DNA of 63,403 nucleotides, counting the filler, from Octopus bimaculoides (taxonomy: Eukaryota): NCBI RefSeq assembly GCF_001194135.2. It is 5 parts of 5 records of this genome, joined end to end, with 100 filler letters (N's around TTAATTAATTAA, not from the genome) between each part and the next. Parts side by side here need not be neighbours in the genome. Positions count along the whole stretch, not along the records: positions 21,674 to 39,481 come from NC_069007.1; positions 39,582 to 50,483 come from NC_068988.1; 3 more parts are not named here. One strand, 5' to 3'. Below are positions 35,051-46,860 of the stretch, in pieces (the first letter of the stretch is position 1; each line of letters starts with the position of its first letter). The translations under genes and the position numbers were made by a program. Below the pieces are notes generated by a model that saw only the letters and a list, made by a program, of their open reading frames with translations, had not been told where the DNA came from and did not search any database.

Positions 35051-37569
35051 CATATTATTTTCCCTTTAAAAGTTTATAAGAAATAGTTAATTAATTTTCT
35101 AATGTCTGTTATTGAAGAATTAATTTGGGGAAAGCAGAGCAAAAAAGTAGTAGCAGCAGCAGCCGGAACACACACACACACACACTCGCGAACATTATCG
35201 TTTGCTCGAAAGTGTAATTTCTCCTGCATCTCCTTTTTTTCCTTTTTTGGTTATTACCCCTCCTCTCTCCCCTACACCCCCACTCAATTATTGTTATTTA
35301 TTATTTTCCTATATATATTTATATACATACATATATATATATTGATATTTATTTGTCTTGTATATTTCAATAGAAATCAGTGTGAATACTAAACCAGACA
35401 TGCATCGCTGGTTTTGTTTTTTTTTATTTCATTTATTATTTATACACTGATGTTTGTTTGTCTTGTTTGTCTTTTCTTTTTTTGTTTTTCTTTATTACAG
35501 TCTGTTGCATTAACAGGAAATTTGTTGCCATTAATTTTCGGTTCCTACTTTTGTCTGGTTTCTGGTTCTTCTTCTTCTCTGATTCTTTTCCTTGTCTTCC
35601 ACGCTTCTGAAGCAAGAATATTTTCCATAATGAGATCCGTTTTAATGGCGGTGGTCTGCAGCTGTGTGTGGTTTTCAAATCACTTTGAAAAGTTTTATTT
35701 GAAGATAATAAAAATAATAACAAACTATGTACATTTGTCTCCCCTTTTTGTCTTCTATTTTTCCAAAATAATATTTAATTTTATTTTATTTTATTTCATT
35801 TTATTCTCATAGTTTCCTGTTTTCGTTGGGTTGTTTTTGTGCTTGCTTTAGTTTCCGTCGTATGATGGTTATTATTATTATTGTTGCTGGTATTATTGTA
35901 GTTGTTTAATTTATTTGTTTACTTTTGTTTGTTTTTTTTTCTTGCAATATTCTGTTGTGATTTTTCATATAATGGTGTTTTCAAATGTAAGTCGCTTGGG
36001 TGATCGGTTTACACACGATGGCTGGAACATATTTCATATGTTAAACAACCGACTCTTGTTACATTTCAAGCTAATTTGAAACGTTTCTAATGTAAGAACA
36101 GTGATATAGTTTAAGCCGAGAAGCACGCTGTCTAACCAACACATTAGGGCAACAAACAACACAATCAGCTCAAGAATACATTTGCAACAAACCAAAGCAA
36201 ATACAGAAAAATACACATTAATACAAGAAGTGGTACAGGCTTTCGGTAATGGCTTTATATTGTCCGTCCTTGCCAACTACAGAAGCGAATAATAACATTT
36301 GAGCTACCTACATGTTTACAATTATCCGTAATAAAACAAGTTCTATCAGCTTCTACATTTAACTGATGTAAAAGACAAACATTGTTTCGTTTCACTCGCA
36401 GAACATGTAATTACTATTCATCGCTATTATTACACATGTGTAAATGCGCTGAGCTTACCGCTAAAAAGCGGCCGAGCTAGAATAACACGATATGTAATGC
36501 AGTATTTCCTTTCGTTCAACTAGAGTCAATATAGGACTAATTATATATTGTAGTTTATCACATGTACCGTACTAAAACAATATACTTAATGTTAATCCTG
36601 AACAAAACCAGTGTCTGCCAGAACTGGTATGGCATCGAATTATCAACCCGGTAAAAACTAGCAGTGGCCAATTTTTCGCCAAATATCTCTGAGTTCGAAT
36701 TTCTGCTTCGATGCTTTACACATCCCCAAAACAAGTTTAGTAAGTTCTAAGAATATACTGGTTTTAAATTTTAGCACAAGGCCAGCAATTTTAGGAGAGG
36801 ATGTAAGTCAATTACATCGATACCAGCGTTCAAATGGTACTTATTTTATCGACCTCGGAAGAATGAACGGCAGAGTCAAGCCTTCTTCCCAAATATACAT
36901 CAGTCGATGTTTTCTGATAAATTATCATTTAAACCATATACTCTAATAAGTCACCAGTCAAGCCGTGTGTCCTGATAAGTCATCAACATTATAACGGTGG
37001 TGCCCCAGCATGACCGCAGCTTCTAAGCTGAAACTAGTTAAAGAGTTTAAAAGTTATTTTTCATGAGAAACGTCACGCCATAAAATGATATTTATTAAAT
37101 TTTTTTTTCGGTTTTTTTTATGTTCATATCAATATTAATCTTAAGAAAATCCACATTTAGAATCACTTAAAGACGATGAAATATAAACCTCTTATTTTAA
37201 AATTCAATATTTAAACAAAGAAATTGGAATAAGTGTTTTCTTTATGCAAAGAAGTGGAGGAATGGAACCGTGTCATGTTTTAGGCTTGTCTTGAAATTCC
37301 AGCACATTTTTGTTTGTTTTTGTGAGAATTTTCTTCTCCGTAGTATTCTTGTGAAATATTTCACTGATGGCACCAGGATCAAATCTCGTTCCGAACTATT
37401 ATTCCTGCGAGTTGTTGTTATTTTTGTTGTTGTCATCAAATTCTTGACCACTAACGTTCAAGAAGCCCTTTGGTCAAACTCATTTTTTTTTTCTATTTAC
37501 CATTTTGTATTTCTACGAAATTTCTAGGTCTACGCAGAAGAGAACATAGCCTAATAAATATAAAAGTGT

Positions 37570-38000
37570 AAAAGGCGACGAAGTGACAGAATCGTTACCC
37601 CACCGGGAAAAAATGTTTAGTGGCATTTCATCTGTCTTTATGTTCAAATTCTGCAAAGGTCAACTTTGCCTTTCATCATTTCGGATCGATAAAATAACCA
37701 GTTGAGCACTGTGGTTCATGTAACTGACTCAGCCCCTTCCTGAATTTGCTGGTCGTGTTCCAAAATTTGATACCAATGTTTTATTCACTACTAAAGGCGG
37801 CGCGCTGGCAGAGTCGTTAACACTGTAGAAAATACTTAACGGCATTTCGTCCATCCTCGCGTTCTGAGTTCAAATTCCGCCGAGGTCGACTTTGCTTTTC
37901 ATTTTCTTCGTGTTCAATAAAATGAGTACCATTCGAACACTGGGGTCGATGTAATCGACTTACACCTTCCTCAAAACTGATGGTTATGTACCAAAATATA
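37570..38000 (+). mobile_element. Two adjacent same-orientation SINE family A copies (37570-37780, 37792-38000)
   Basis: Both start AAAGGCG(A/G)CG..TG(A/G)CAGA. They are diverged from each other, so they are independent insertions or an old duplication. Confidence 0.8.
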
Positions 38001-38164
38001 AACTGGTATGTATGAATGCACGTATATTCCACATTGTAGGCCTTAGTTTGGTGCTGAGTGAGTTGAAAAGGATACCAGCTTTGTGATCTTTTCTGATTCT
38101 TGGCATTAATAATGCCGAGCAAGGTTTGATATTTGTAAATCCAATGTACATTGAATAAACGGTA

Positions 38165-38322
38165 GGGTGCCTATGTCGTAAGACGATTGTCTCCCTAACA
38201 TATGGGTCCGGGTTCAGTCCCTACTGTATGGCACCTTGGGCAAGTGTTTTCTACTATATCTTCAAACCGATCAAAGCCTTGTGAGACGATTTTCATAGAC
38301 GGAAACTGAAAGAAACCCGTTG
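38165..38322 (+). mobile_element. SINE family C head
   Basis: GGTCCGGGTTCAGTCCCTACTGTATGGCACCTTGGGCAAGTG..GACGGAAACTGAAAGAAACCCG followed by (TA)n. Confidence 0.8.
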
Positions 38323-38361
38323 TGTATATATATGTATATAGATAGATATATACATACATAC

Positions 38362-38396
<35 letters not shown>

Positions 38397-39481
38397 NNNN
38401 NNNNNNNNNNNNNNNNNNNNNNNNNNNNNNNNNNNNNNNNNNNNNNNNNNNNNNNNNNNNNNNNNNNNNNNATAAAGAGAGCACCAGAAAACTGTCGTGC
38501 TTATATCGCTTATTGAACCGTCCATGACTGTCTTCGTATTTTCTGACAACAATCACGTCCTTAACGGCATGTAAGCTTTGCAGAATCGTTCGGTCTTAAG
38601 GCTAACTCAGATTTATTCTCAGACTGGATGTCTGGTCAGAATACAAACAAGAAAGTGGATGTCATGGAAGCCGTTGGTTTTTCCTTCCGTTGACCGAAGA
38701 ACAGATGAAGTCTCACACTAACAATAGGAAAGAACACTTCGATAATTATCACACTTTCTGTCAATCAGTTTCCGTTCGAAAAACGTTTTATTCGGCCCTA
38801 GGCAGTAATAAACATATTACTTTGCAGCATCGTGGAATTGAACTCTAGACGAAATAGTTGAGAACAGAACATCTTTACTCACACGTCTATAGGAAAAGAT
38901 GTATAAACATCTCATTAATTCTAGGTATTCTGCATGTGATCCAACCATATGTGAACCTGCAGGATTGATTTTGTACTTCTGCATGTAATCTATCGACGTA
39001 AGAAAAAAAAGTACCGTACAAGGACAGCACAAAATAAATATAAACTTAAAACAAGATGTGATTTAAACCTGTTTTTTTCCCATGTTATCCAGTAAGATGT
39101 GTTCTGTCTCTACCTTTACAGTTAATATAGGCAACTAAAATATTCGTTGAAGTCTGCTATTAACGCTTAAGTATTCATTCTTCGAAGTGTGAACAGACAT
39201 AAAGCCATGTCGTTTACTTGCAGAAACCAATAATTTTCCCGGCCGTCTCCAAACGAACAATTATCAACAGCAGATTCATTCATAGACACATTTTCAAACA
39301 AAAAGTTGGGTTTTTATATCTCCGAGATAAAATACATAACAACGTTTTGCACTTTAAAAGACATTGATTTAAAACTAATCCGATTTTCATTGGCAGACTA
39401 AGCTAATTCCCAATACCTCCCCATCAACCAACCTACCTACTTATGTGTGTGCATCGATGTAGGAATATAAATACATATATA

Positions 39482-39581
39482 NNNNNNNNNNNNNNNNNNN
39501 NNNNNNNNNNNNNNNNNNNNNNNNNTTAATTAATTAANNNNNNNNNNNNNNNNNNNNNNNNNNNNNNNNNNNNNNNNNNNN
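39482..39581. other. Assembly join linker N44-TTAATTAATTAA-N44 (artefact)
   Basis: Same 100-bp structure as 21574-21673. Confidence 0.95.
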
Positions 39582-39833
39582 ATATATATATTGATAGAAA
39601 GGACAACAAAAGAAAGAAAGAGACCTCGATATATTGTGGGTTTGAAATGCCCATGAAGAGGTCTTTGTAACTTCTAAGAAGAAATTTTAGAAATATTACT
39701 TTATTTGTGTGTAATATGTATAGTTAAAATTTCATCAACATCGAAAATATATGAATTTTCATAGGTGTATGTGTGTATATATATATGCAATGTATGTGTG
39801 CGTGTATGAGTGTGTGCACATGCATGCAATGTG

Positions 39834-39875
<42 letters not shown>

Positions 39876-39914
39876 CATGCATGTGTGTTTGTGCGCTTTA
39901 TAACCAACTATATT

Positions 39915-40070
39915 CTAACTATAAATTCGGTCTTAGTCTTCACACCTTATTGACTTTAACCTACTCTTCCAACTTGAAAGTTTCAAATTTCTGCAGTTCT
40001 TCTTCAACAGAATCTGCAATCAAATCTGGGTTGTCAGCACACAGATGTTCTTCAGCATACATTTGTAAAG
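39915..40070 (-). mobile_element. RTE-like LINE RT fragment
   Basis: EHLCADNPDLIADSVEEELQKFETFKLEE*VKVNK resembles the RTE motif ELLYADDLxLIAES..L..KF....LE.KGLKVN. Confidence 0.5.
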
Positions 40071-40163
40071 TTATACATTATATAGATACATTTATATTCA
40101 CACTCACACACACAAACACACACACACAGACATATATGTATTTTATTTCTATCAATCTGTCTA

Positions 40164-40199
<36 letters not shown>

Positions 40200-40457
40200 T
40201 CTAGCTGTCTATCTCTCATTATCTCTCATTATCTCGCTGTGTGTGTGTGTGTGTGTGTGTGTGTGCATCTATGTATATATATATATATATATATATTATA
40301 AATTCAGATAAGGTTGGTTTATGGAATTTATATTCTATACTGCTCTTTAACTTAGGCGTGCTACTTTTTCAGGTTTACAATTTACTGACGATATATATAT
40401 ATATACACACACGCATATATACATATACGTGTATGTGTGTGTGTGTGTGTGTGGCTT

Positions 40458-40790
40458 GGAGTTTCTGGAACCACCATTGACACTGGCTTATGCTTATTGT
40501 CCAATCCCCATATACTGCATTAATATTCCTTACACTTTCCGTTGTGTTATTGCCTTTATTGAACTCCTAAAGCAAAATATGCCGAATATGCTCCTTTGTC
40601 ACATCCATTATAGCTTTGGAAAAATAACTGTTGAAATCGAACTGCACCCTTCAAAACTTGCATTAAGAATAAGTACAAGGTAAAATTATTACCTGCTTAT
40701 ACAGTAAGCTGATGTAGGTAGTTTATCCTGTCCCCCTCCCACTTTTAGTTCATGCAATTGGAAAACCGCATTATTTATGGCATGACCCAA
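40458..40790 (-). mobile_element. Mariner 5' end (TIR plus transposase N-terminus), same family as 2227-3074
   Basis: TA then TTGGGTCATGCCATAAATAATGCGG; MDVTKEHIRHILL*EFNKGNN..QWWFQKL. Roughly 85-90% identical by eye to 2760-3074. Confidence 0.88.
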
Positions 40791-41605
40791 TATGTGTGTG
40801 TGTGTGTGTATGTACACATGCATAAAGAGAGACAGAGAGATGGAAATAAAAAAAAGATGGACAAACTATTATAGTAGCAGTAATTCATTACATGAGATAG
40901 ATACATATTCAAATTACAGCTGTTTCAAACAATCAATGACAGGCTGATAATATAATAATACTCACAATGCAAACAAGCATATATAATGAGGCAATAATTA
41001 GACACAGCAAATAAGCCAAAGAGCAAAAACATTATTAAAGAGCATGAAGCATAATATGTGAGTATCTTCTTACGTCAGCCTACCCTCATCTGGTTCACAA
41101 TGATTATGATGAAGATGATAATAATGGTGGTATATGTATGTATATGTTAAATGTTTAGCAAGAAGCTTTTGTAAAAATATATAATTTTTATGACAATTGG
41201 AACAATTGCAATGAAGGACTCAAAATAATAATTTGTTTCTGTGATTACTTTAATGTTTTATGTATATATATATGTGTATATATATATGTGTATGTGTGTA
41301 TATATATATGTGTATGTGTGTATATATATATATTTATATANNNNNNNNNNNNNNNNNNNNNNNNNNNNNNNNNNNNNNNNNNNNNNNNNNNNNNNNNNNN
41401 NNNNNNNNNNNNNNNNNNNNNNNNNNNNNNNNNNNNNNNNNNNNNNNNNNNNNNNNNNNNNNNNNNNNNNNNNNNNNNNNNNNNNNNNNNNNNNNNNNNN
41501 NNNNNNNNNNNNNNNNNNNNNNNNNNNNNNNNNNNNNNNNNNNNNNNNNNNNNNNNNNNNNNNNNNNNNNNNNNNNNNNNNNNNNNNTGTGTGTGTGTGT
41601 GTGTG

Positions 41606-41790
41606 TATCATCATCATCGTTTAACGTCTGCTTTCCATGCTAGCATGGGTTGGACGATTTGACTGAGGACTGGTGAACCAGGTGGCTACACTAGGCTCCA
41701 ATTTGGCAGAGTTTCCACAGCTGGATGCCCTTCCTAACGCCAACCACTCCAAGAGTGTAGTGGGTGCTTTTCCCATGATACTGACACTAA
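41606..41790 (-). mobile_element. SINE family G 3' part with RTE-type tail and (GAT)n end
   Basis: CCAACCCATGCTAGCATGGAAAGCAGACGTTAAACGATGATGATG. Homologous copies at 43566-43790 (minus) and 49270-49460 (plus). Confidence 0.75.
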
Positions 41791-42572
41791 AAAGTTTTCT
41801 AAGTAACTTGTGAAATACAGGAAAAGAAGATGCTTCCTAGACTGCTTAGGGTTGCAGTAGACAGGGAGGTGGCTTTATGCCAGATACTGGGAGGCTAAAG
41901 TATGATAGAGGGACAAACATAGGTGCCTTGCAATAGAAGATGTGTATGGCTATCTAACATTAAATAGGAGTGGATGGGAGTAGCTGGAAAAAAAATAATG
42001 TTGGTGATGAGGTATCAGAGCATACTCTCAATGTACAAGGTGAGTCTAAGAGAATGTAGGCCAAGGATAGGGTGGTATGGGTGGATAAGTTCATAGGAGA
42101 GTGGTAGGTGGTTAGAGGTTGGAGAAGAGGTGAGTGTAGTGAGTGATGAAGAAGGGTGGAGGTGTAATTGATGAGGAGAAGTTAAAAGAAATAGCCCACA
42201 AAGGAGGGAGTGGTGAGTAGCAGAACAGGAAGAGTGGAGAGTAGGGGAGAGAGAAATGTACAGAGACAGAGATCTGAGGTACGTAGTGGTGATTATAAGG
42301 GAGTGGAGACAAAGGTGGCAGAAGGGGTACTGATGGCAGATATGAGAGAATGCTGAAAGCAATAGCAAATATAAAAGAGTGTTAAAGATGAAGCATGGCA
42401 GTCCTAAAATGTATCTCAGAAGAGAAGGAAAGATGACTAGAAGCACAGAAAAAGATGATTGGTGGAAAATATGTGGGAAACGATTATATGAGAATTAGGG
42501 AGAAATTTCAAAAAAATAGTTCCAGAGAGAGGCTGAGGTATTTTGAAGTATAAAAGGGAAGATATATGTATA

Positions 42573-42737
42573 GGCGCAGGAGTGGCTGTGTGGTAGATAG
42601 CTTGCTTACCGACCACATGGTCCTGGGTTCATTCCCACTGCGTGGCACCTTGGGCAAGTGTGTTCTACTATAGCCTCAGGCCAACCAAAGCCTTGTGAGT
42701 GGATTTGGTAGACGGAAACTGAAAGAAGCCCGTCGTA
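42573..42737 (+). mobile_element. SINE family C head, well preserved
   Basis: GGCGCAGGAGTGGCTGTGTGGTAG..CTGGGTTCATTCCCACTGCGTGGCACCTTGGGCAAGTG..GAAACTGAAAGAAGCCCGTCG. Confidence 0.88.
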
Positions 42738-42789
42738 TATATGTATATATATATCCATGCAAAACCAACCGTCCAACTGATTTCCTCTC

Positions 42790-43560
42790 ATTCAAGCATG
42801 TTTTATTGATTTTATACTTGGCAGAAAACAAGTCAGGGTAATGGTTTGTGAACACTAAACCCTTCTCTGATGAAGAATGTATTCCTCAGCAAAAGTATGA
42901 AGAGTTCTGAATAAAGAAACAGTGTATTCGTATGAACCAAGATGTAATTGAGAAGAAGGCTGTCCAGAATGTTAGTTGTAAGTAGACTTGTCTTTGATGA
43001 TAGTGAAAAGAGTTTGTTGAAAGTCGAGTGAGGGGAAGAGAGAAAGAAAGAGGATTCTTTCAATTAAAATTAAGAGTAACTAACTATTAAGGTTAACTTC
43101 ATTATGGTTAGTAAAAACACGAAGGTGGGGAAAACAGAGAGCGGCTGGGGTGTAGGTGGTGAGATATAGTAAGAATCGGATTACGCAAACCATGTGCTTA
43201 GTTAATTAGTTAGTGCAGAGAGGTATTATCTGCAGTGTCTGGAGTAGGAGTACCCTTATCAAATGTCAGAAGAGCAAAAGAGATGCACCAGAGAATTGCA
43301 ATTACAGAAGCCTCAGAGTAATGGACCAAGTCTTAAAAGTAGCTGAGAGAGTTTTTAACTTGAATAAAATGGAGTTTTGTTTGTGCAATGGTGTAGACTA
43401 TATTTTTAATGAGGCAACTTCAAAAAAAAGTTCTTAACTATCAACAAACCATTTTATTTTGGATAAGGGATCTGATACTGTAGATTGTACCCTGTCCTCT
43501 GGTTGGGTCTTAAGACCTAGATGTAGACGAATGGTTTGTAATTGAAGTTATGCATGAAGG
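42790..43560 (+). mobile_element. RTE (BovB-like) LINE relic: end of APE and start of RT
   Basis: IDFILGRKQVRVMV / VNTKPFSDEECIPQQK, then GIICSVWSRSTLIKCQKSKRDAPENCNYRSLRVMDQVLKVAERV..LNKMEF (compare the RTE motif KGKGDALDxxNYRGIKLLDQVMKV.ERV). Confidence 0.75.
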
Positions 43561-43565
43561 TACTC

Positions 43566-43790
43566 ATCATCATCATCATTTAATGTCTGTTTTCCATGTT
43601 GGTATGGGTTGGACAGTTTGGCAAGAACCGGCAAGCCAAAGGGTTGCACCAGGCTCCAGTCGTCTGTTTTGGCAGTTTCTATGACTGGATGTCCTTCCTA
43701 ATGCCAGCCACTTTACAGAATGTACTGGGTGCTTTTTATGTGGCACCAGCACCTGCAGGGTCACTAAGTTGCTAGCAAGACAAGGACATC
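43566..43790 (-). mobile_element. SINE family G
   Basis: Same tail as 41606-41790; GGCATTAGGAAGGACATCCAG core. Confidence 0.75.
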
Positions 43791-44041
43791 TCAACTGAGA
43801 GAGAGAGAGAGGAATGGCTGTGTACCAGGCATCAACAGGACAAAACAGTGCAAATTATCCATTGCCGAACGCATGAGGATCCTTAAAGACTTGCTCGCAC
43901 TAGGGGACATCCAGTGATTTTGAAGTTTCAGACAGTTATGTTATTATTGGACTGCAGTCCAATCATGGCTTAATTGACTGAAACTTTGAAGCCACTGTTA
44001 ACAACATTCTCACATAAGAATAATAAATATATATGTATAAG

Positions 44042-44134
<93 letters not shown>

Positions 44135-44159
44135 ATATGTATGTAATATACACACACAT

Positions 44160-44441
44160 ATATTCTTCTATTTGTTTCAGTCTTTTGACTGTGGCCATGC
44201 TGGAGCACCATCTTAAGGGGTTTTACTCGAACAAATCGCTCCCAGTACTTATTCTATCGGTCTCTTTTGCTGAACCACTAGATTACAGGGACATAAACGC
44301 ACCAACATCAGCTGTCAAGTGATAGTGGAGGGACAAACACACACACAAATATATACATACATATATATANNNNNNNNNNNNNNNNNNNNNNNNNNNNNNN
44401 NNNNNNNNNNNNNNNNNNNNNNNNNNNNNNNNNNNNNNNNN

Positions 44442-44483
<42 letters not shown>

Positions 44484-44615
44484 ATGGGTTTCTTTCAGTT
44501 TCCGTCTACCAAATCCACTCAAGGATTTGGTTGGCCCAAGGCTATAGTAGAAGACACTTGCCAAAGGTAGGACTAAACATGCAACCATGTGGTTGGGAAG
44601 CAAGCTTCTTAACAC
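44160..44615 (-). mobile_element. Complete SINE family C/D with internal (TA)n microsatellite and an N gap
   Basis: Head 44615-44480, microsatellite and gap 44480-44345, tail 44345-44160 ending GGTGCTCCAGCATGGCCACAGTCAAAAGACTGAAACAAATAGAAGA. Confidence 0.85.
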
Positions 44616-44634
44616 ATACCCACACTTGCACCTA

Positions 44635-44673
<39 letters not shown>

Positions 44674-45248
44674 ACACACAGATATATACATAATGATATA
44701 CGTGTGCATATTTGTGAGTATGTAAGTATTTGTATTATGTATGTATGTATGTTTGCATATGTGTGTGTGTGTGTATGTGTGTGAGGTAACTATTAATGTT
44801 TCTATTAAGAGAGTCAAATGTAGCAAAAGTTGGTGATTTATTAGGTGAAGAATGAGAGGTGAAAACAGAAGTGAAAGAACCAACAGATTAGATTGATTAC
44901 CAAAGTGTTGTCAGAGCCAATTGGTCTAGAAGTAAGACAACTTATGTATGTATAGGAAACCGAAATACTTCACTTTCCCAAATGGGAATTGTTGAGATTA
45001 CTGCTGCTGCCACTGCCACCACTGTTGTTCCTCCTCCCACCACCACTGCCGTTGCTGATGCCGCCACCTCAGCCACCACGACCACCACCACCACCATTAC
45101 TACTACTATTATTACTACAACTATATTGTTATGATCATCATCTTTTACTGTCACCACCACCACCACCACCACCACAACCATCATCTTCATTTCACAACAG
45201 CAAAAAATCAATAGTAATAATAATAACAATAATAATAATAATAATAAT

Positions 45249-45462
45249 CCTTTCTTCTATAGTCACAAGGCCTAAAATTTTGGGGGAGGGAGGTAGTTGA
45301 TTACATTGACCCCAATGCGTAACTGGTACTTAATTTATCAACTCCGAAAGGGTGAAAGGCAAAGTCGACCTCGGCGGAATTTGAACTCAGAACGTAGCCG
45401 CAGACGAAATACCGCTAAGCATTTTGCCTGGTGTGCTAACGATTCTGCCAGCTCACTGCCTT
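45249..45462 (-). mobile_element. SINE family A, full length, between (TAA)n tracts
   Basis: GGCAGTGAGCTGGCAGAATCGTTAGCAC..GAGTTCAAATTCCGCCGAGGTCGAC..AGGCCTTGTGACTATAGAAGAAAGG followed by (ATT)n. Confidence 0.9.
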
Positions 45463-45518
45463 ACTATTACTACTACTACTAATAATAATAATAATGATGA
45501 TGATGATTTCAAATTTTG

Positions 45519-45636
45519 CCGGCAGTTTGTTCCATACTTCAGCAACTCTTAGTGTGAAAAAATGTCTCCGGAAGTCGTGGGAACTGTGCTGTTTTCTGAC
45601 TTTGTAAACATGTCTATGGGTGTTAGACAGGTGGAA
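45519..45636 (-). mobile_element. CR1-clade LINE 3' ORF2 fragment
   Basis: NTHRHVYKVRKQHSSHDFRRHFFTLRVAEVWNKLPA matches the CR1 C-terminal motif RGH..KL.K......R..FF..RV...WN.LP. Confidence 0.8.
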
Positions 45637-46255
45637 TTTGAAAAGGTAGTAATAAAATATATAACAAAGCAGGGTAACAACAACGTAACAATCCAACAAA
45701 CTCTCCATGAACTATACATGAACCAGCAGACGATATTCTGACAACTACCAAAACGACACCTTATGACTTGCAGTGATTCCACCTTGGTACGATTAACTCA
45801 GATCCCTACTATTTATAGTTGTTCGGTCAAGTCTATTTTCGCAGGGAACATCGTAACACTCACCACAACAAGAAGCAATAGTTGAAAGGTTGATGCTTGC
45901 ACAGGTGGGTAAACCCGGAGCCCTGCATGTCACCAATCATCCTGGTCGTTTGTCATTTCTTCCGTGAAGCTTAGAATCATGAGTTCAATTTTCACCATTC
46001 TGTCCTATGACTCTGGGTTTCTCCCTTTCATTGGTTCCATTTACTTTGACTGCTTTCTATGCAGAGAGGATGGATTTGACATTTATCTTATACTGTGGAA
46101 TTAGTGTTAAACATTAATCCTTACAACTACTGTACAAACATATACATAGATGAGAATATGTCCAAATATACATGTGCATATTAGTAAACGTGTGCATGCA
46201 CGCATACATACAGATCCATATATTTATGAAGATATATGTATATATATATATATAT

Positions 46256-46447
46256 TAGGAAGGACAACAAAAGAAAGAAAGAGACCTTGATATTATGCAA
46301 ATAGAGGAATTTATCTGTAAAAATATGTGACACTTATTCGGTAGCCATGATAAAACTCAGAGTTTTAGATGTCGGGGTGGGAACCCACGCCAACACCTCT
46401 TCAGTTATCCAGCCATTGAAAATTCCTGTGAAAATTTCACAGGAATT
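46256..46447 (-). mobile_element. PLE-type terminal-repeat fragment containing a decayed type I hammerhead motif (46349-46409)
   Basis: Minus strand: GATAA-CTGAAGA-GGTGTTGG..CCGACATC-TAAAA-CTCTGAG-TT-TTATC. Stem I is 5/5 paired, stem II has 8 bp, stem III is ACTCTGAGT, and TAAAA stands where CGAAA is expected. Ends in a 27-bp palindrome at 46421-46447. Confidence 0.65.
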
Positions 46448-46484
46448 ATATATATATAATTATATATATATTATAAATATAGGA

Positions 46485-46750
46485 AACTCTTTAATAAGCA
46501 TAACCTAAGAATTAACTTTAGTTCAACCCCAAATTTTAAAAACATAATGGCACACAACGCATAAAAACAACATGAAGCCGGCTGTTCCTGCAGGGATAAA
46601 GACTTGTGCCCGCTAAATGGGGCCTGTATGACTGAGGCCATTGTTTATAAAGCCACCATAAATTCTATGAATGCTAATGACACAGCTTTGTCAAAAAGAT
46701 ATGTGGGTCTCATGGAAGGAAACTTTAAAGCAAGGTTCAATAATCACACC
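46485..46750 (+). mobile_element. Penelope-like element GIY-YIG endonuclease fragment (same type as 930-1720)
   Basis: KLFNKHNLRINFSSTPNFKNIMAHNA*..GCSCRDKDLCPLNGACMTEAIVYKATI..KRYVGLMEGNFKARFNNH, truncated by (TA)n. Confidence 0.88.
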
Positions 46751-46757
46751 CTATATA

Positions 46758-46792
<35 letters not shown>

Positions 46793-46860
46793 TGGAGTAA
46801 GCACATGAAATGTGCAACAAGGTGGAAAAAAAGAGTACTCAAATACCAGAGGTAGAGTAA

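Noticed and set aside
26430-37527. Short non-repeat ORFs at 26430-26640, 36034-36276 and 37242-37527
   Set aside because: They are 66-85 codons long, overlap on both strands or have non-ATG starts, and show no recognisable domains. This is within chance expectation.
38606-38850. Open frame LDVWSEYKQESGCHGSRWFFLPLTEEQMK after an AG
   Set aside because: The 3' part runs into a decayed family C SINE, there is no good donor, and no homology is recognised.
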